From Nanopusillaceae archaeon (lineage in GTDB: Archaea; Nanobdellota; Nanobdellia; Nanobdellales; Nanobdellaceae): 5,603 nucleotides of DNA. Below, piece by piece: positions 4,589-5,603 of the stretch. Every line of letters begins with the position of its first letter. The stretch's first letter is position 1. Where the stretch lies: NCBI GenBank assembly GCA_038833255.1, contig JAWBIX010000027.1, positions 1 through 5,603 of the forward strand, in the 5' to 3' direction. The position numbers and the translations under genes are program-made. The notes beneath the pieces were generated by a model. That model made no database searches. It was not told the DNA's origin and saw only the letters and a list, made by a program, of their open reading frames with translations.

Positions 4589-4817
4589 CTACAATAAGTG
4601 TTATTGTCCTTTCTACATAATCTAATTTTCTTAGTTTATCTATTAACATACTTCTAAGTTTGTCAAAACTTTCTACTTTTACTTTTAATATAGAATCATA
4701 TTCTCCATAAACTATAGCCAAATCTAAAATCATATTATGTAACTCTTTTCTTACAAATTCTACAAATTCTTTTTCCTTTCCTGGCTTAAGATTTATTAAT
4801 ATATATGCTTCAATCAT
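4581..4817 (-). CDS. Stand-alone RAM (Lrp/AsnC-type ligand-binding) domain protein without an HTH
   Basis: 78-aa ORF. AYILINLKPGKEKEFVEFVRK...LAIVYGEYDSILKVKVESFDKLRSMLIDKLRKLDYVERTITLIV follows the AsnC_trans_reg/RAM beta-alpha-beta-beta-alpha-beta pattern (A.vli.v.pg.e.ev...l......v..v.GeyD.i.kv...s.e.l..f....i....gv..t.T.iv). Confidence 0.7.
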   Translation of the reverse strand: MIEAYILINLKPGKEKEFVEFVRKELHNMILDLAIVYGEYDSILKVKVESFDKLRSMLIDKLRKLDYVERTITLIVAS

Positions 4818-5080
4818 AATTTTCTTTCTTTTTCTAAATATTTTACTATTTCTCTTATTTCTCTCCTAGTATATTCTAATATTATCGCAACTATTCCTAT
4901 CCATATCACTGCCAACCACATATATATTGCTGTTAATACGTTTGCTACTACTGAAAGTCCCTCCAATGGAAACTCAACCGCTTTTATTAATAGCAGAAAG
5001 CCAAATAATATTGTAAAAAAGTAACCAACCAGTAAAGCAACTTCTAAAAGATTTGGCATTTTAAAGTCAAATCCTGCCAT
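4814..5080 (-). CDS. Small membrane protein: two predicted TM helices and a charged C-terminal tail; function unknown
   Basis: 88-aa ORF with hydrophobic segments LLEVALLVGYFFTILFGFLLLI and VVANVLTAIYMWLAVIWIGIVAIIL, followed by EYTRREIREIVKYLEKERKL. Its TGA overlaps the ATG of the RAM gene (ATGA, 4814-4817). A TATA-like word lies at -29..-22. Confidence 0.6.
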   Translation of the reverse strand: MAGFDFKMPNLLEVALLVGYFFTILFGFLLLIKAVEFPLEGLSVVANVLTAIYMWLAVIWIGIVAIILEYTRREIREIVKYLEKERKL

Positions 5081-5113
5081 AAAGTTTAATATAAAATAAA
5101 TTTATTAAATTTT
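5081..5113. promoter_or_regulatory. 33-bp bidirectional promoter spacer with two opposed TATA-like octamers
   Basis: TTTAATAT (5085-5092, + strand) lies at -29..-22 of the PUA gene ATG (5114). TTTAATAA (5102-5109, read on the - strand) lies at -29..-22 of the membrane-protein ATG (5080). Confidence 0.45.
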
Positions 5114-5584
5114 ATGAAGGTGCTTAGTAATAAAGAAAAAAAAGAATTAATAGAAAAATTAGAAAATATTTTGAAAGTCAATTTAAATATTAAAAAAGAA
5201 AACATTTCCTTTCTTGAAGAATATGGAGCCTATATCTTAAACGATATTCCAATAGCAATAAAATATAATGATAAAATTGTTCCTACTATTTTTTTAATTG
5301 CTAACTTGGAAGTAAATTTACCTTATGTAATAGTTGATAATGGAGCTAGAGTCAAAATACTAAACGGTGCAGATGTTTTTAGGCCAGGAATAATTGAATT
5401 TGATAAAAATATTAAAAAAGATGATTTTGTTTTAATTTTATCAGAAAAGAAAGAATTACTAGGCATTGGTATCTCCCTTTTAGATTCTGAGGATATAAAT
5501 AAAATTCAAAAAGGCAAAGTTATACAAACTATACATTATTATGGAGATAGAATAACAAAATTATACAAAAACTTAAATAAATGA
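5114..5584 (+). CDS. PUA-domain RNA-binding protein (archaeal MCT-1/Tma20-like)
   Basis: 156-aa ORF. The C-terminal half carries the PUA signature: VIVDNGARVKILNGADVFRPGI...DDFVLILSEKKELLGIGISL....KGKVI. The size and the N-terminal pre-PUA region fit the small archaeal PUA proteins. Confidence 0.8.
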   Translation: MKVLSNKEKKELIEKLENILKVNLNIKKENISFLEEYGAYILNDIPIAIKYNDKIVPTIFLIANLEVNLPYVIVDNGARVKILNGADVFRPGIIEFDKNIKKDDFVLILSEKKELLGIGISLLDSEDINKIQKGKVIQTIHYYGDRITKLYKNLNK

Positions 5585-5603
5585 TAATATGCTTTTTTGT
5601 CTA

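Noticed and set aside
5581-5603. Possible next gene starting at ATG 5581, overlapping the PUA stop as ATGA (MIICFFV...)
   Set aside because: Only 23 nt are visible, so it cannot be distinguished from non-coding sequence, although the ATGA geometry fits the local style.
1-5603. Mobile elements, CRISPR arrays, defence islands or prophage remnants
   Set aside because: There are no direct-repeat/spacer arrays, no transposase, integrase or Cas-like ORFs, and no long inverted or direct repeats. Every sizeable ORF is a recognisable housekeeping gene, apart from the 88-aa membrane protein.

Overview
This is a very AT-rich, tightly packed archaeal housekeeping locus. Both strands are coding, intergenic spacers are only about 30-130 bp, and there are five verified gene overlaps. 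Left to right: the 5' part of RNA polymerase subunit N (-); an Obg-family Ygr210/YchF-like TGS GTPase (-); an intact, intron-less initiator tRNA-Met (-); Alba (-), translationally coupled to ribosomal protein eS17 (-). A + strand operon follows: aIF2-gamma, an Fcf1-like PIN nuclease and a divergent DRG-like TGS GTPase. Then come a convergent - strand pair (an 88-aa two-TM protein plus a 78-aa stand-alone RAM/AsnC-type ligand-binding domain) and a PUA-domain (MCT-1/Tma20-like) protein (+). The GC-rich tRNA in an AT-rich background, the shortened proteins and the ATGA overlaps suggest a genome-reduced thermophilic archaeon, possibly Nanoarchaeota-like; this is inference only. I see no mobile element, CRISPR array, defence gene or multi-gene novel system. 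The most interesting unannotated signal is in the 129-bp eS17/aIF2-gamma spacer. It holds a complete C / D' / C' / D box set, a candidate box C/D sRNA, that appears partly built from duplicated copies of the aIF2-gamma promoter-proximal and 5' coding sequence. Secondary signals are TATA-like octamers at exactly -29..-22 of four start codons (implying leaderless mRNAs), a 33-bp bidirectional promoter, a degenerate G3 motif in the DRG-like GTPase, and a Cys-to-His variant zinc knuckle in aIF2-gamma.
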